NCBI GenBank assembly: GCA_040285855.1
Contig: JAUFOQ010000001.1
Location: 2,480,001 to 2,544,000, forward strand
DNA length: 64,000 nucleotides
Direction: 5' to 3'
From: Eukaryota sp. GEM-RC1
Lineage: Eukaryota
The notes beneath the pieces were generated by a model, which was not told the origin of the DNA, did no database searches, and worked only from the letters and a program-made list of their open reading frames with translations. Positions 1 to 13,981 of the stretch are shown in pieces (position 1 is the first letter of the stretch; each line of letters starts with the position of its first letter). A program made the translations under genes and the position numbers.

Positions 1-3000
1 AGTTCAACTTCGGTCCTGTCTCTTGAATTAATTCATGGATCTCTTGTTTTATGCATTGATTCGTACTTGGATTTGATGAATTTCGATGTCGTTGGCGAGA
101 TTGATGTCCAAGGTGAATTTACCAAAAACTCTACATTAATCAAGTGTTCTAATTCTGAATTAGTTATGAATGATTTGAATGTAAGCAATCTTAATGGCCA
201 ATTATATGAAATCTCTCACGATAGCACTGTTGTTGTTTCTACATCTTCTTTTTCTTCTCTTAATTCTGGTTTAACTTTGATTGATATTGAAAATTCCAAA
301 TTCAATTCTACAGATATGGTAATAGGTGATGCCAAGACGTCGTCGTTTTTAAGTGTTTTGTCTTCCACCGCTTCTTTTAGTTCAACTTCGGTCCTGTCTC
401 TTGAATTAATTCATGGATCTCTTGTTTTATGCATTGATTCGTACTTGGATTTGATGAATTTCGATGTCGTTGGTGAGATTGATGTCCAAGGTGAATTTAC
501 CAAAAACTCTACATTAATCAAGTGTTCTAATTCTGAATTAATTATGAATGATTTGAATGTAAGCAATCTTAATGGCCAATTATATGAAATCTCTCACGAT
601 AGCACTGTTGTTGTTTCTACATCTTCTTTTTCTTCTCTTAATTCTGGTTTAACTTTGATTGATATTGAAAGTTCCAAATTCAATTCTACAGATATGGTAG
701 TAGGTGATGCCAAGACGTCGTCGTTTTTAAGTGTTTTGTCTTCCACCGCTTCTTTTAGTTCAACTTCGGTCCTGTCTCTTGAATTAATTCATGGATCTCT
801 TGTTTTATGCATTGATTCGTACTTGGATTTGATGAATTTTGATGTCGTTGGCGAGATTGATGTCCAAGGTGAATTTACTAAAAACTCTACATTAATCAAG
901 TGTTCTAATTCTGAATTAATTATGAATGATTTGAATGTAAGCAATCTTTATGGCCAATTGTATCAAATTTCCCAGAATAGTACTGTTGTTGTTTCTACAT
1001 CGTCTTTTTCTTCTCTTAATTCTGGTTTAACTTTGATTGATATTGAAAATTCCAAATTCAATTCTACCGATATGGTTATTGGTGATGCCAAGACGTCGTC
1101 GTTCTTGAGTGTTTTGTCTTCCACAGCTTCTTTTAGTTCAACTTCGGTCCTGTCTCTTGAATTAATTCATGGATCTCTTGTTTTATGCATTGATTCGTAC
1201 TTGGATTTGATGGATTTCGATGTCTTTGGCGAGGTTGATGTCCAAGATGAATTTACCAAAAACTCTACATTAATCAAGTGTTCCAATTCTGAATTAATTA
1301 TGAATCATTTGAATGTAAGCAATCTTAATGGCCAATTATATGAAATCTCTCACGATAGCACTGTTGTTGTTTCTACATCGTCTTTTTCTTCTCTTGATTC
1401 TGGTTTAACTTTGATTGATATTGAAAATTCCAAATTCAATTCTACCGATATGGTTATTGGTGATGCCAAGACGTCGTCGTTCTTGAGTGTTTTGTCTTCC
1501 ACAGCTTCTTTTAGTTCAACTTCGGTCCTGTCTCTTGAATTAATTCATGGATCTCTTGTTTTATGCATTGATTCGTACTTGGATTTGATGAATTTCGATG
1601 TCGTTGGCGAGATTGATGTCCAAGGTGAATTTACCAAAAACTCTACATTAATCAAGTGTTCTAATTCTGAATTAATTATGAATGATTTGAATGTAAGCAA
1701 TCTTAATGGCCAATTATATGAAATCTCTCACGATAGCACTGTTGTTGTTTCTACATCTTCTTTTTCTTCTCTTAATTCTGGTTTAACTTTGATTGATATT
1801 GAAAATTCCAAATTCAATTCTACAGATATGGTAGTAGGTGATGCCAAGACGTCGTCGTTTTTAAGTGTTTTGTCTTCCACCGCTTCTTTTAGTTCAAGTT
1901 CGGTCATGTCTCTTGAATTAATTCATGGATCTCTTGTTTTATGCATTGATTCGTACTTGGATTTGATGAATTTTGATGTCGTTGGCGAGATTGATGTCCA
2001 AGGTGAATTTACTAAAAACTCTACATTAATCAAGTGTTCTAATTCTGAATTAATTATGAATGATTTGAATGTAAGCAATCTTTATGGCCAATTGTATCAA
2101 ATTTCCCAGAATAGTACTGTTGTTGTTTCTACATCGTCTTTTTCTTCTCTTAATTCTGGTTTAACTTTGATTGATATTGAAAATTCCAAATTCAATTCTA
2201 CCGATATGGTTATTGGTGATGCCAAGACGTCGTCGTTCTTGAGTGTTTTGTCTTCCACAGCTTCTTTTAGTTCAACTTCGGTCCTGTCTCTTGAATTAAT
2301 TCATGGATCTCTTGTTTTATGCATTGATTCGTACTTGGATTTGATGGATTTCGATGTCTTTGGCGAGGTTGATGTCCAAGATGAATTTACCAAAAACTCT
2401 ACATTAATCAAGTGTTCCAATTCTGAATTAATTATGAATCATTTGAATGTAAGCAATCTTAATGGCCAATTATATGAAATCTCTCACGATAGCACTGTTG
2501 TTGTTTCTACATCGTCTTTTTCTTCTCTTGATTCTGGTTTAACTTTGATTGATATTGAAAATTCCAAATTCAATTCTACCGATATGGTTATTGGTGATGC
2601 CAAGACGTCGTCGTTCTTGAGTGTTTTGTCTTCCACAGCTTCTTTTAGTTCAACTTCGGTCCTGTCTCTTGAATTAATTCATGGATCTCTTGTTTTATGC
2701 ATTGATTCGTACTTGGATTTGATGAATTTCGATGTCGTTGGCGAGATTGATGTCCAAGGTGAATTTACCAAAAACTCTACATTAATCAAGTGTTCTAATT
2801 CTGAATTAATTATGAATGATTTGAATGTAAGCAATCTTAATGGCCAATTATATGAAATCTCTCACGATAGCACTGTTGTTGTTTCTACATCTTCTTTTTC
2901 TTCTCTTAATTCTGGTTTAACTTTGATTGATATTGAAAATTCCAAATTCAATTCTACAGATATGGTAGTAGGTGATGCCAAGACGTCATCGTTCTTGAGT

Positions 3001-6000
3001 GTTTTGTCTTCCACCGCTTCTTTTAGTTCAAGTTCGGTCATGTCTCTTGAATTAATTCATGGATCTCTTGTTTTATGCATTGATTCGTACTTGGATTTGA
3101 TGAATTTTGATGTCGTTGGCGAGATTGATGTCCAAGGTGAATTTACTAAAAACTCTACATTAATCAAGTGTTCTAATTCTGAATTAATTATGAATGATTT
3201 GAATGTAAGCAATCTTTATGGCCAATTGTATCAAATTTCCCAGGATAGTACTGTTGTTGTTTCTACATCGTCTTTTTCTTCTCTTAATTCTGGTTTAACT
3301 TTGATTGATATTGAAAATTCCAAATTCAATTCTACAGATATGGTAGTAGGTGATGCCAAGACGTCATCGTTTTTAAGTGTTTTGTCTTCCACCGCTTGTT
3401 TTAGTTCAACTTCGGTCCTGTCTCTTGAATTAATTCATGGATCTCTTGTTTTATGCATTGATTCGTACTTGGATTTGATGAATTTCGATGTCGTTGGCGA
3501 GATTGATGTCCAAGGTGAATTTACCAAAAAGTCTACATTAATCAAGTGTTCTAATTCTGAATTAATTATGAATGATTTGAATGTAAGCAATCTTAATGGC
3601 CAATTATATGAAATCTCTCACGATAGCACTGTTGTTGTTTCTACATCTTCTTTTTCTTCTCTTAATTCTGGTTTAACTATGATTGATATTGAAAATTCCA
3701 AATTCAATTCTACAGATATGGTAGTAGGTGATGCCAAGACGTCGTCGTTTTTAAGTGTTTTGTCTTCCACCGCTTCTTTTAGTTCAACTTCGGTCCTGTC
3801 TCTTGAATTAATTCATGGATCTCTTGTTTTATGCATTGATTCGTACTTGGATTTGATGAATTTCGATGTCGTTGGCGAGATTGATGTCCAAGGTGAGTTT
3901 ACCAAAAACTCTACATTAATCAAGTGTTCTAATTCTGAATTAATTCTGAATGATTTGAATGTAAGCAATCTTAATGGCCAATTATATGAAATCTCTCACG
4001 ATAGCACTGTTGTTGTTTCTACATCTTCTTTTTCTTCTCTTAATTCTGGTTTAACTTTGATTGATATCGAAAATTCCAAATTCAATTCTACAGATATGGT
4101 AGTAGGTGATGCCAAGACGTCGTCGTTTTTAAGTGTTTTGTCTTCCACCGCTTCTTTTAGTTCAACTTCGGTCCTGTCTCTTGAATTAATTCATGGATCT
4201 CTTGTTTTATGCATTGATTCGTACTTGGATTTGATGACTTTCGATGTCGTTGGCGAGATTGATGTCCAAGGTGAGTTTACCAAAAACTCTACATTAATCA
4301 AGTGTTCTAATTCTGAATTAATTCTGAATGATTTGAATGTAAGCAATCTTAATGGCCAATTGTATGAAATTTCTCACGATAGCACTGTTGTGGTTTCTAC
4401 ATCGTCTTTTTCTTCTCTTAATTCTGGTTTAACTTTGATTGATATTCAAAATTCCAAATTCAATTCTACCGATATGGTAATAGGTGATGTTAAGACGTCG
4501 TCGTTCTTAAGTGTTTTGTCTTCCACATCTTCTTTTAGTTCAACGTCGGTCCTGCCTCTTGAATTAACTCATGGATCTCTTGTTTTATGCATTGATTCGT
4601 ACTTGGATTTGATGGATTTCGATGTCTTTGGCGAGGTTGATGTCCAAGATGAATTTACCAAAAACTCTACATTAATCAAGTGTTCCAATTCTGAATTAAT
4701 TATGAATCATTTGAATGTAAGCAATCTTAATGGCCAATTATATGAAATCTCTCACGATAGCACTGTTGTTGTTTCTACATCGTCTTTTTCTTCTCTTAAT
4801 TCGGGTTTAACTTTGATTGATATTGAAAATTCCAAATTCAATTCTACCGATATGGTTATTGGTGATGCCAAGACGTCGTCGTTCTTGAGTGTTTTGTCTT
4901 CCACAGCTTCTTTTAGTTCAACTTCGGTCCTGTCTCTTGAATTAATTCATGGATCTCTTGTTTTATGCATTGATTCGTACTTGGATTTGATGAATTTCGA
5001 TGTCGTTGGCGAGATTGATGTCCAAGGTGAATTTACCAAAAACTCTACATTAATCAAGTGTTCTAATTCTGAATTAATTATGAATGATTTGAATGTAAGC
5101 AATCTTAATGGCCAATTGTATCAAATTTCCCAGGATAGTACTGTTGTTGTTTCTACATCGTCTTTTTTCTTCTCTTAATTCTGGTTTAACTTTGATTGAT
5201 TTTGAAAATTCCAAATTCAATTCTACCGATATGGTTATTGGTGATGCCAAGACGTCGTCGTTCTTAAGTGTTTTGTCTTCCACATCTTCTTTTAGTTCAA
5301 CGTCGGTCCTGCCTCTTGAATTAACTCATGGATCTCTTGTTTTATGCATTGATTCGTACTTGGATTTGATGGATTTCGATGTCTTTGGCGAGGTTGATGT
5401 CCAAGATGAATTTACCAAAAACTCTACATTAATCAAGTGTTCCAATTCTGAATTAATTATGAATCATTTGAATGTAAGCAATCTTAATGGCCAATTATAT
5501 GAAATCTCTCACGATAGCACTGTTGTTGTTTCTACATCGTCTTTTTCTTCTCTTAATTCGGGTTTAACTTTGATTGATATTGAAAATTCCAAATTCAATT
5601 CTACCGATATGGTTATTGGTGATGCCAAGACGTCGTCGTTCTTGAGTGTTTTGTCTTCCACAGCTTCTTTTAGTTCAACTTCGGTCCTGTCTCTTGAATT
5701 AATTCATGGATCTCTTGTTTTATGCATTGATTCGTACTTGGATTTGATGAATTTCGATGTCGTTGGCGAGATTGATGTCCAAGGTGAATTTACCAAAAAC
5801 TCTACATTAATCAAGTGTTCTAATTCTGAATTAATTATGAATGATTTGAATGTAAGCAATCTTAATGGCCAATTATATGAAATCTCTCACGATAGCACTG
5901 TTGTTGTTTCTACATCTTCTTTTTCTTCTCTTAATTCGGGTTTAACTTTGATTAATATTGAAAATTCCAAATTCAATTCTACCAATATGTTAATAGGTGA

Positions 6001-7650
6001 TGTTAAGACGTCGTCGTTCTTGAGTGTTTTGTCTTCCACCGCTTCTTTTAGTTCAACTTCGGTCCAGCCTCTTGAATTAATTCATGGATCTCTTGTTTTA
6101 TGCATTGATTCGTACTTGGATTTGATGAATTTCGGTGTCGTTGGCGAGGTTGATTTCCAAGATGAATTTACCAAAAACTCTACCTTAATCAAGTGTTCTA
6201 ATTCTGAATTAATTATGAATGATTTGAATGTAAGCAATCTTAATGGCCAATTATATGAAATCTCTAACGATAGCACTGTTGTTGTTTCTACATCTTCTTT
6301 TTCTTCTCTTAATTCGGGTTTAACTTTGATTGATATTGAAAATTCCAAATTCAATTCTACCAATATGTTAATAGGTGATGTTAAGACGTCGTCGTTCTTG
6401 AGTGTTTTGTCTTCCACAGCTTCTTTTAGTTCAACTTCGGTCCTGTCTCTTGAATTAATTCATGGATCTCTTGTTTTATGTATTGATTCGTACTTGGATT
6501 TGATGAATTTCGATGTCGTTGGCGAGGATGATTTCCAAGATGAATTTACCAAAAACTCTACATTAATCAAGTGTTCTAATTCTGAATTAATTATGAATGA
6601 TTTGAATGTAAGCAATCTTAATGGCCGAATGTATGAGATTTCCCAGGATAGCACTGTTGTTGTTTCTACATCTTCTTTTTCTTCTCTTAATTCTGGTTTA
6701 ACTTTGATTGATATTGAAAATTCCAAATTCAATTCTACAGATATGGTAGTAGGTGATGCCAAGACGTCATCGTTTTTAAGTGTTTTGTCTTCCACCGCTT
6801 CTTTTAGTTCAAGTTCGGTCATGTCTCTTGAATTAATTCATGGATCTCTTGTTTTATGCATTGATTCGTACTTGGATTTGATGGATTTCGATGTCGTTGG
6901 CGAGGTTGATGTCCAAGATGAATTTACCAAAAACTCTACATTAATCAAGTGTTCCAATTCTGAATTAACTATGAATCATTTGAATGTAAGAAATCTTAAT
7001 GGTCAATTATATGAAATTTCTCACGATAGCACTGTTGTTGTTTCTACATCGTCTTTTTTCTTCTCTTAATTCTGGTTTAACTTTGATTGATATTGAAAAT
7101 TCCAATTTCAATTCTACCGATATGGTAATAGGTGATGCCAAGACGTCGTCGTTCTTGAGTGTTTTGTCTTCCACAGCTTCTTTTAGTTCAACTTCGGTCC
7201 TGTCTCTTGAATTAGTTTATGGATCTCTTGTTTTATGCATTGATTCGTACTTGGATTTGATGAATTTCGATGTCGTTGGCGAGATTGATGTCCAAGGTGA
7301 ATTTACCAAAAACTCTACATTAATCAAGTGTTCCAATTCTGAATTAATTATGAATGATTTGAATGTAAGCAATCTTAATGGCCAATTATATGAAATCTCT
7401 CACGATAGCACTGTTGTTGTTTCTACATCGTCTTTTTCTTCTCTTAATTCTGGTTTAACTTTGATTGATATTCAAAATTCCAGATTCAATTCTACCGATA
7501 TGGTAATAGGTGATGCCAAGACGTCGTCGTTCTTAAGTATTTTGTCTTCCACAGCTTCTTTTAATTCAACTTTGCTTCAGCTTATTGAATTAAGTCAGGG
7601 ATCCCTTATATTTTCCACTGATTCGTACTTGGATTTGATTGACTTAGATA
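1..7650 (+). repeat. Coding tandem array, 378-nt unit, about 20 copies in the window, with higher-order duplications
   Basis: AGTTCAACTTCGGTCCTGTC recurs at 1, 379 and 3781 (=10x378 later). Variant TTTATGGCC at 947, 2081 and 3215 (period 1134 = 3 units). Variant CCTGCCTCTT at 4551 and 5308 (2 units plus the inserted T). Confidence 0.97.
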
Positions 7651-10600
7651 TTGTTGGCGAGATTAACAATGATCTTGGTAGTGTTTTCATTTGTCATGAC
7701 TTTGACTCTCTTGTATTATCCATCACCTCTACTATTTATATTCAATCATCAAATTTGTTTGGGTGTTTGATTGGTGATATATTTCATTTTGAGATTACCC
7801 TATCTGATTCACTTGTCTATTTCGATAATTTCGCTTATTCTGCTCGTATCACTCAACTAAATTTGCAAAACTCTGTACTCTTTCTAAATACCAATTATTT
7901 GGTCGTTTTTCGATCTATTGCATCTGACTCTGAAAGCTCTATCAAGGGGAATGACGAATATTTGAATTTACAATTGATTGCAGATCGATTCTCTGAATTC
8001 GAAGAGTGTGTTTCAACACACAGTTGGAATTTACAATTTTCATTTCTTTATGCTCATTTAATTCCCATCGTCGTTTCTATTACTAATTTTAACTCTCTTA
8101 CTAGCACAATTTCTACCGGCTCTAACTCAACTGTGTTAAGGTTTGAAGATGTCTATGCTTTTAGTCCTGACGTTGACTTTTTTAAAATTGATTTTGAAAC
8201 TCTTTCTGTACAGTATTATTATCAAACTCAATTAACGCTTTGTCCAGTTATTCTGGACTCACCTCGTCCTCCAACTTTGGGTGGAGAAGTTGTTGTTTCT
8301 GGAATTAATTTGGGTCGTGAACTCCTGTTTTTTTTCAGTGAGTTGGTTGAAGTTACTTCGCCTTATTTACCGTTTAACCACAGCCTTATTACCTTTTACA
8401 TTGGTGAAGGTTATGGCTGTCATGAGTTGGAAGTCAAGAGAAGTCTTGATAGCATGACGTCTTTCTTTACTTTCTGTTATGCAGGGCCTGTGATTCATTC
8501 TTCATCACCCACGTCATATTCTTTTACAAAGTACATTACCTTTTATGGGGAAAATTTGTATCCTGATGCCAGTGGTTTAGCTGTTAAATTTCTAAATTTA
8601 ACTGCTGAATGTGAAATCATATCTGTGAGTCATTCCCAGATAGTCCTCGAAATCATCAACGTTTGCGACATTAGTAGGCCACACTTTCATATTCTGTTTG
8701 AATTAGGCTCAACTGATTCAAATTTGTTTCCCATGAATTTGGTCTTCCCGCCTTTTAGTCATGATCCAGTTACTTTAACCCCCGAAAGTTTTGAGTTAAT
8801 GATTGAAGTTGAACTTGATTTAGATCTATCACGTATGGCTACCTGTAATGACATTGGTATACGTGATATCACTGCTCCCACGCCATCAACAGTTGGCTTC
8901 CCGTCTCCTACCAGCATGAATGTTACTTTTGATGTTACTGGACAGGATTTATTCGGTTTCTATTTTGAGATTTCCAGTCATTTTTTTAAGTTAGTAGAAA
9001 TTACGGTTATCGGATTTTTTGCTCAGCCACTAGAGTTTCCTTGTATCACGAATCATTTATGTTTGATTTCCATTTGTTCAACAATTGCAAATCTTGACAT
9101 TACTAATTTTATACCACAAAGTGGACCCTTAGTCACAATCGATGGCTATTATTATGATTTAGAATCGGCATGTGTTGATGTTGAATTTTTCACTCATGAC
9201 TTTGGTCAACTTGAGGATCTCATGATTTGCAGTGTAGTTACTTGCAACAATATCACACATCTTCCAATTATTGCTTCTTTTGATGCCGTAACACCTTCGA
9301 AAGTTCTATGGAATTTTAATGAAGTTAGTGAAACTGTTTTTCTTTTTGGAAACAATTTTAATTCCTCCGAAATAGATTTATGGACAATGTCATTGTTGGT
9401 GGACGGAAATTCTATAACTATTAACGAGGTCAATTTCGATTCAATTTCTTTTGAGCTGACTTTTAGTTCCATTGGTGTCTCCGTTATATCGTTTATTAAT
9501 CAAAGAAATTCTGCTATACCCTTGTTTAGCATTGAGTGTGGTGTTTTCATTACAATTTCTCCCGTTTTTTTCGTGAACGGAAAATTATCAATTATTTCTT
9601 ATTATGATTATTCCAGTATTTTCCTAAACCATGACAGTGAAATTATTACTGTTGACGCTGGAATTAATCCTTATTCAATTAGCACTGATTTTCCCTACAT
9701 TAGTTTTCTATCTGAAGTTCTGTCGTCATCAATTGATTTGGACCATTTGCCGTATTTCATTAGGGTCGATGTGCTTCATTCTTTTGAAATCGAATTTCAC
9801 GACTCAAATTTAAATGTTTCAGTTTGGTCAACTGGGCAGTGTTTTGTTCACCACTCTTTTCAAATGGCTTGGTTCTATTAGAAGTCTATGGAATTGAAGT
9901 TGAATTGTGCGCAATAAGTTTAGAAATTGAATATTTCGGATCTTTTGCCAAGAAGAATATATTATTTCAAATATTCGAACCTCCACAACTCTTTTATGAT
10001 GGGCGACATTCTTTCAATTCCAACGAATTAATTATTTTCAATGTTTCTTTGTATGCTGAATTTGCCTGTTTGAATGATGATATTTTTCTTCTTTCTGGAC
10101 GTCACCTGGATTATATCTCAACTACTTTAATCAATTCTGAAAATCAATGCCTTCAGTTATTCGAATTTACGGTCTTTTTCAATGAAACTGACATTATGGA
10201 GCCAATTTCTGACCTACATTTACTATGGGATTCACCAACTTTTAATAATCAATCCATCACGACAATTTCTCTATTCCATGTCGATGTTTATTCCTTATTT
10301 TCAAATTTCCGAGTTTCCGTTTATGAAGCTAGAGATGTTTTTCTTTCTTCAAACGTTGATCTCTTCAGTCCGCTTTTCTGCTCAAATGAAGCTACAATTC
10401 AAGATGCTTCAATTAATGGCTCGTCCGTTCTCTGTGAAAGTGTGCTAGTTTCATCTCATTCAGACGCCATGAACTTAACTATTATTTACCAGGATTTAAT
10501 CATAGGTTATGTTGAGTTAGAGGTTGAACCGTTCTTTCAAGATTTATGTTATATTCCAAATCAAATATCTCTATTGACATCATCGGACTTTTTGATGACG

Positions 10601-12926
10601 CATCCACTCATACCAGAATTATTTGACAGAAATCGATGTTGTTTGATAACATCTGGAAATTGTTTTATTGCTATTAATTCTGGAGAACAGTTAATCCTCC
10701 AGTTAACAGACGAATTTCACATCCATTCCATTTCAATTACCGTCAATTCTTCATGCCCCGTGTCTGATGGTATCTCTCCCATCACTGTATCAAATACTTC
10801 ACTTGACTTGTGGAGTTGTGACTCAATTCCAAATGGATTTGAGTTTGCCTTGACTTGTAGTGCTAATGTTACTTTGAATCATGTGAACAATGTCTCTCTT
10901 TTGTTTCTTGCAGATTTGTTGGTCTTTGAAGTGGAATTTTACGGGTATCTTTCAAGAAAGTGTGTGTTTCCTGTCGATGATTTCTTTGGGATTACACCTG
11001 CTAATGACTTGATCTCTATTGATGGGAACTTCCTATTTCAAGGAGAGTCTTTGTTACAGTTTAATGACTTTTATCCATTAATTCATCAGGATTTTGGTCT
11101 CAAGTTATTCGATGGTTCTCTTTCGGTTGCTTATGAATTTAATTCGACTGATTGTTATTATCACCTGTCAACTCTTGTTAAGACAATTTTTCCTTTTCCT
11201 CCTGAATCTGCTACATTGGAAACAGATTTAATTCGGGTCAGTTCTAACTCGTTTGATATTAATTTTGTTTGTCTTGATATCAGGGGTTTTCAAGTACAGT
11301 GTGGAGAATTTCTAGATGATTTAGAACTAATTTCAACGTCTTTTAAATATTCTTCATTTAAATTTATTCTCCAATCAGGAATTCGATTCTTTTTGATGAG
11401 ATCGAGCTAGGATCTCATTCTTTGACTGTTAAATTTTCTCAACAAGTTCTTGAATCCATCATTGATCTTTTCAACATGAACAGAGATTTTTAAAATTTAA
11501 TAGTCTGCAACAGACCAGTTGTGATTTCTATAATATTTTCTACACTAGTTGTACCATGATCAATGTTGAGCTCTTAGACGTACATCATCAATCATATGAC
11601 AGTCAGATTTCACCAACACCGATTTCTTCAGTCGATGTTTCAAATACTCTTGTACATGCTTTCATTGTCAATTCTACTTTTCTGTATCTGATTGGCCCAC
11701 CTCTAGTTGAAGTAGATTTAACTTTCAGATTTGATTCGTTATCAACTAGTGTTTCAGTTTCTTCGAATAATTGCGATTCTACCAGAACTAACGTAGATGA
11801 TCAATGTATGTGTAAAATGGGTTCAAAACTCGATTGGACTGGCACGTGTGAAGATTGCCGTTTGAATACTTACTCTGACGACTACTCTTACCCACGATGT
11901 TTTAGTTGTCCCACCATTAGAATAACCAAACAAATTGGTTCAACAAATGTTTCAGATTGTTTGTGTCCTGGAACTTTGTTTGATAATGGTGATTATTGTA
12001 CATCTTGTCCCAAATTCGGAACTTGTGACCACGGATCTCTTGTTAGCCTTAGAAATGGCTACAAGTTCGACCATGATTCTGGTGAAACAACATCATGTCC
12101 TCTACGATATGCTTGTAGAAACAATGCGTGTTCTTTTAACACAAAGGGAAACCTTTGTGCAGACTGTGTGGACAACACCATTAGACTGGGATTTGTTTGT
12201 CTTGGAAATGATGTTGTCAGTATAGTGATTGGAATTGCTGTTCTGATTGTCATTTTTACCGCGCTCTTTTTAAGACATCATATCACTCAGTATTCTGAGA
12301 AACGTTTTAAAACGTTATTTGCTAGGTATCCAGCGATGTCATTACCAAGAGAGTGGCTTCACAAGATGGTGGAATCTAGGTCGGTTGTTTGTCCATTCAG
12401 ACTTTTTATAGCGATTTCTGTTTTATTTAGTGGAAGTTCTGTTTTAATCACAGTGCCAGTTTCTTTTGCTGCCTCGGTTTTTGGTAATTTCTTTGGGTTT
12501 GTCATTTTACTGATTTATTTTGTTACATCGTATATACTCATCAAGCGGAAACAAAAGCAAGAACTCTCGTTTAATGATGGATATTTTGTTTCATTTTGTT
12601 TAATTATTGTTTTTGTCGGATTGTGTGGGAAATATTTATCTGGTTCTTTAGATTTAGAATCTTATTTATTGGTTCCATTGTTCTTTTACGGATGTTATCT
12701 GAAGTTCTTTTATTGCTGGAAGTCGTCATTTCCCTTATTTGTAATCATTCTATTAACTTTTATTTCCCTGCTTCCATATGGTTTCTTTCTCCCCCTTCAG
12801 TCTGTAATTTTATTGTTCTTCTTCTTATTTTCTTCATTTATTAATGCCATACTGTCCTGCATTTCGCTAGTAGTTTCTGTGATTTTACTTGTCCGACATT
12901 ATTTTTCTTATGTAATGTCCGATTAG
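1..12926 (+). CDS. Giant repetitive surface/membrane protein, 5' end outside the window (>4,000 aa inside it): 126-aa beta-solenoid-like repeats, beta-rich IPT/TIG-like region, Cys-rich ephrin-receptor-like (GCC2/GCC3-type) module, multi-pass TM C-terminus
   Basis: ORFs 67-5178, 5108-7069, 6999-9881, 9824-11410 and 11556-12926 join into one protein across frame breaks at or near homopolymers (T6 at 5163-5168 and 7054-7059 versus T5 in other units; ~9842; ~11350-11395; ~11490). Motifs: PPTLGGEVVVSGINLG and ITFYGENL (IPT-like); CMCKMG...CEDCRLNTYSD...CFSCP...TKQIGSTNVSDCLCPG (Cys-rich); several hydrophobic helices at the end. Confidence 0.8.
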
Positions 12927-13259
12927 TGTTATTGATCATTAAAAGTATGTTCTAATTGAGATGAGTGGAATGTACTTTATTGACAGTTATTGCTTTGTCT
13001 CATCTTTTGTCAATTTTATCATTGTCACTTTTTTCGTATTTTGATTGGTGCACATGTTTGTGTGTATCGTTTTTTCAACGATTGATTTGACTGTATTTTG
13101 TATATGTATCTGTATTTTAGTCATGCATGTGTATTTTTTATTTTATTGCTCATAAATTAGAGTTTTTAGTTTATTAGACCGTTGTTTGAAGTAAAAAAGA
13201 CGCCAGTGGTTCTCAAGTTAATACAAGAGGTGTAACACAACATTTGTAAATCATGAATA

Positions 13260-13670
13260 AAAAAACGGATTTATGTGCGGAGAAAAACACACAACCAGAA
13301 AACAACAAATAAATCAACACTATAAAAACAATTATCAAACGAACTACCTAATTCCGAAAAGTAGTTGCCTTCAAACAACTTGGACAAAATGGAATCAACA
13401 TATCTATACATAGACCTAACAATGAAAAAAACAAATTTACTCTTCCACCACGATCTGCTAAACTTCTTGCCAAATTCTGAGCACAAATTTTCAAACAAAT
13501 TTAAAACTCCTTGGTAGAAGAACCGTAATTTCCGTACAACTAAACTGCATAAGGCTGAAAGACGATATTATTGTGTCTTTGTGAATTCAATGCAGCAACT
13601 TGATGTCCGTACTTGCACGCTTTGGCGTTCTCAGCGCCTTTCAGCGGATCATTTGAAGTATTCAAAATAT
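13260..13670 (-). mobile_element. Decayed 3' end of an RLE-type non-LTR retrotransposon
   Basis: Reverse complement aligns by eye with 57437-57600 and 58580-58880, which follow a CCHC knuckle/RLE region. ORF 13271-13498 (..WWKSKFVFFIVRSMYRYVDSILSKL) is the post-RLE tail. Confidence 0.65.
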
Positions 13671-13699
13671 TGGCAAAAGATATAATAATCATGAATTGT

Positions 13700-13981
13700 A
13701 TTGATCTCTCAATTTATCTCTTTTGTATTTATGTTATTTGACAGATTTTCTTGTTAGGTACATGGTACGTGTAAAGTGTTGACTCAACTGATGTTAAGAA
13801 GTTCAATTAATATGCAGCTGACAGCACTGATATACATTATGCCATCGACGTTTCACACTACCTCAACATCCATAGTGACCAATGGTGCCAATACATTGGC
13901 ATTGGTTTTTCACCAAACAATCAATATAGGTACATATTTATTGGCAATATTGTATTGGCAATTCAGTATTACATAACCCTG
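13700..13981. mobile_element. Truncated right end of the CAGGG-TIR hAT-derived family
   Basis: ATTGGCAATATTGTATTGGCAATTCAGTATTACATAACCCTG matches the right end of the 43325-44163 element and the solo end at ~25572-25620. Confidence 0.65.

Noticed and set aside
5074..6822. Antisense ORFs within the repeat array, and similar shadow ORFs opposite BTB, STT3 and GDPD
   Set aside because: They are by-products of codon bias and repetition on the coding strand, with no independent protein features.
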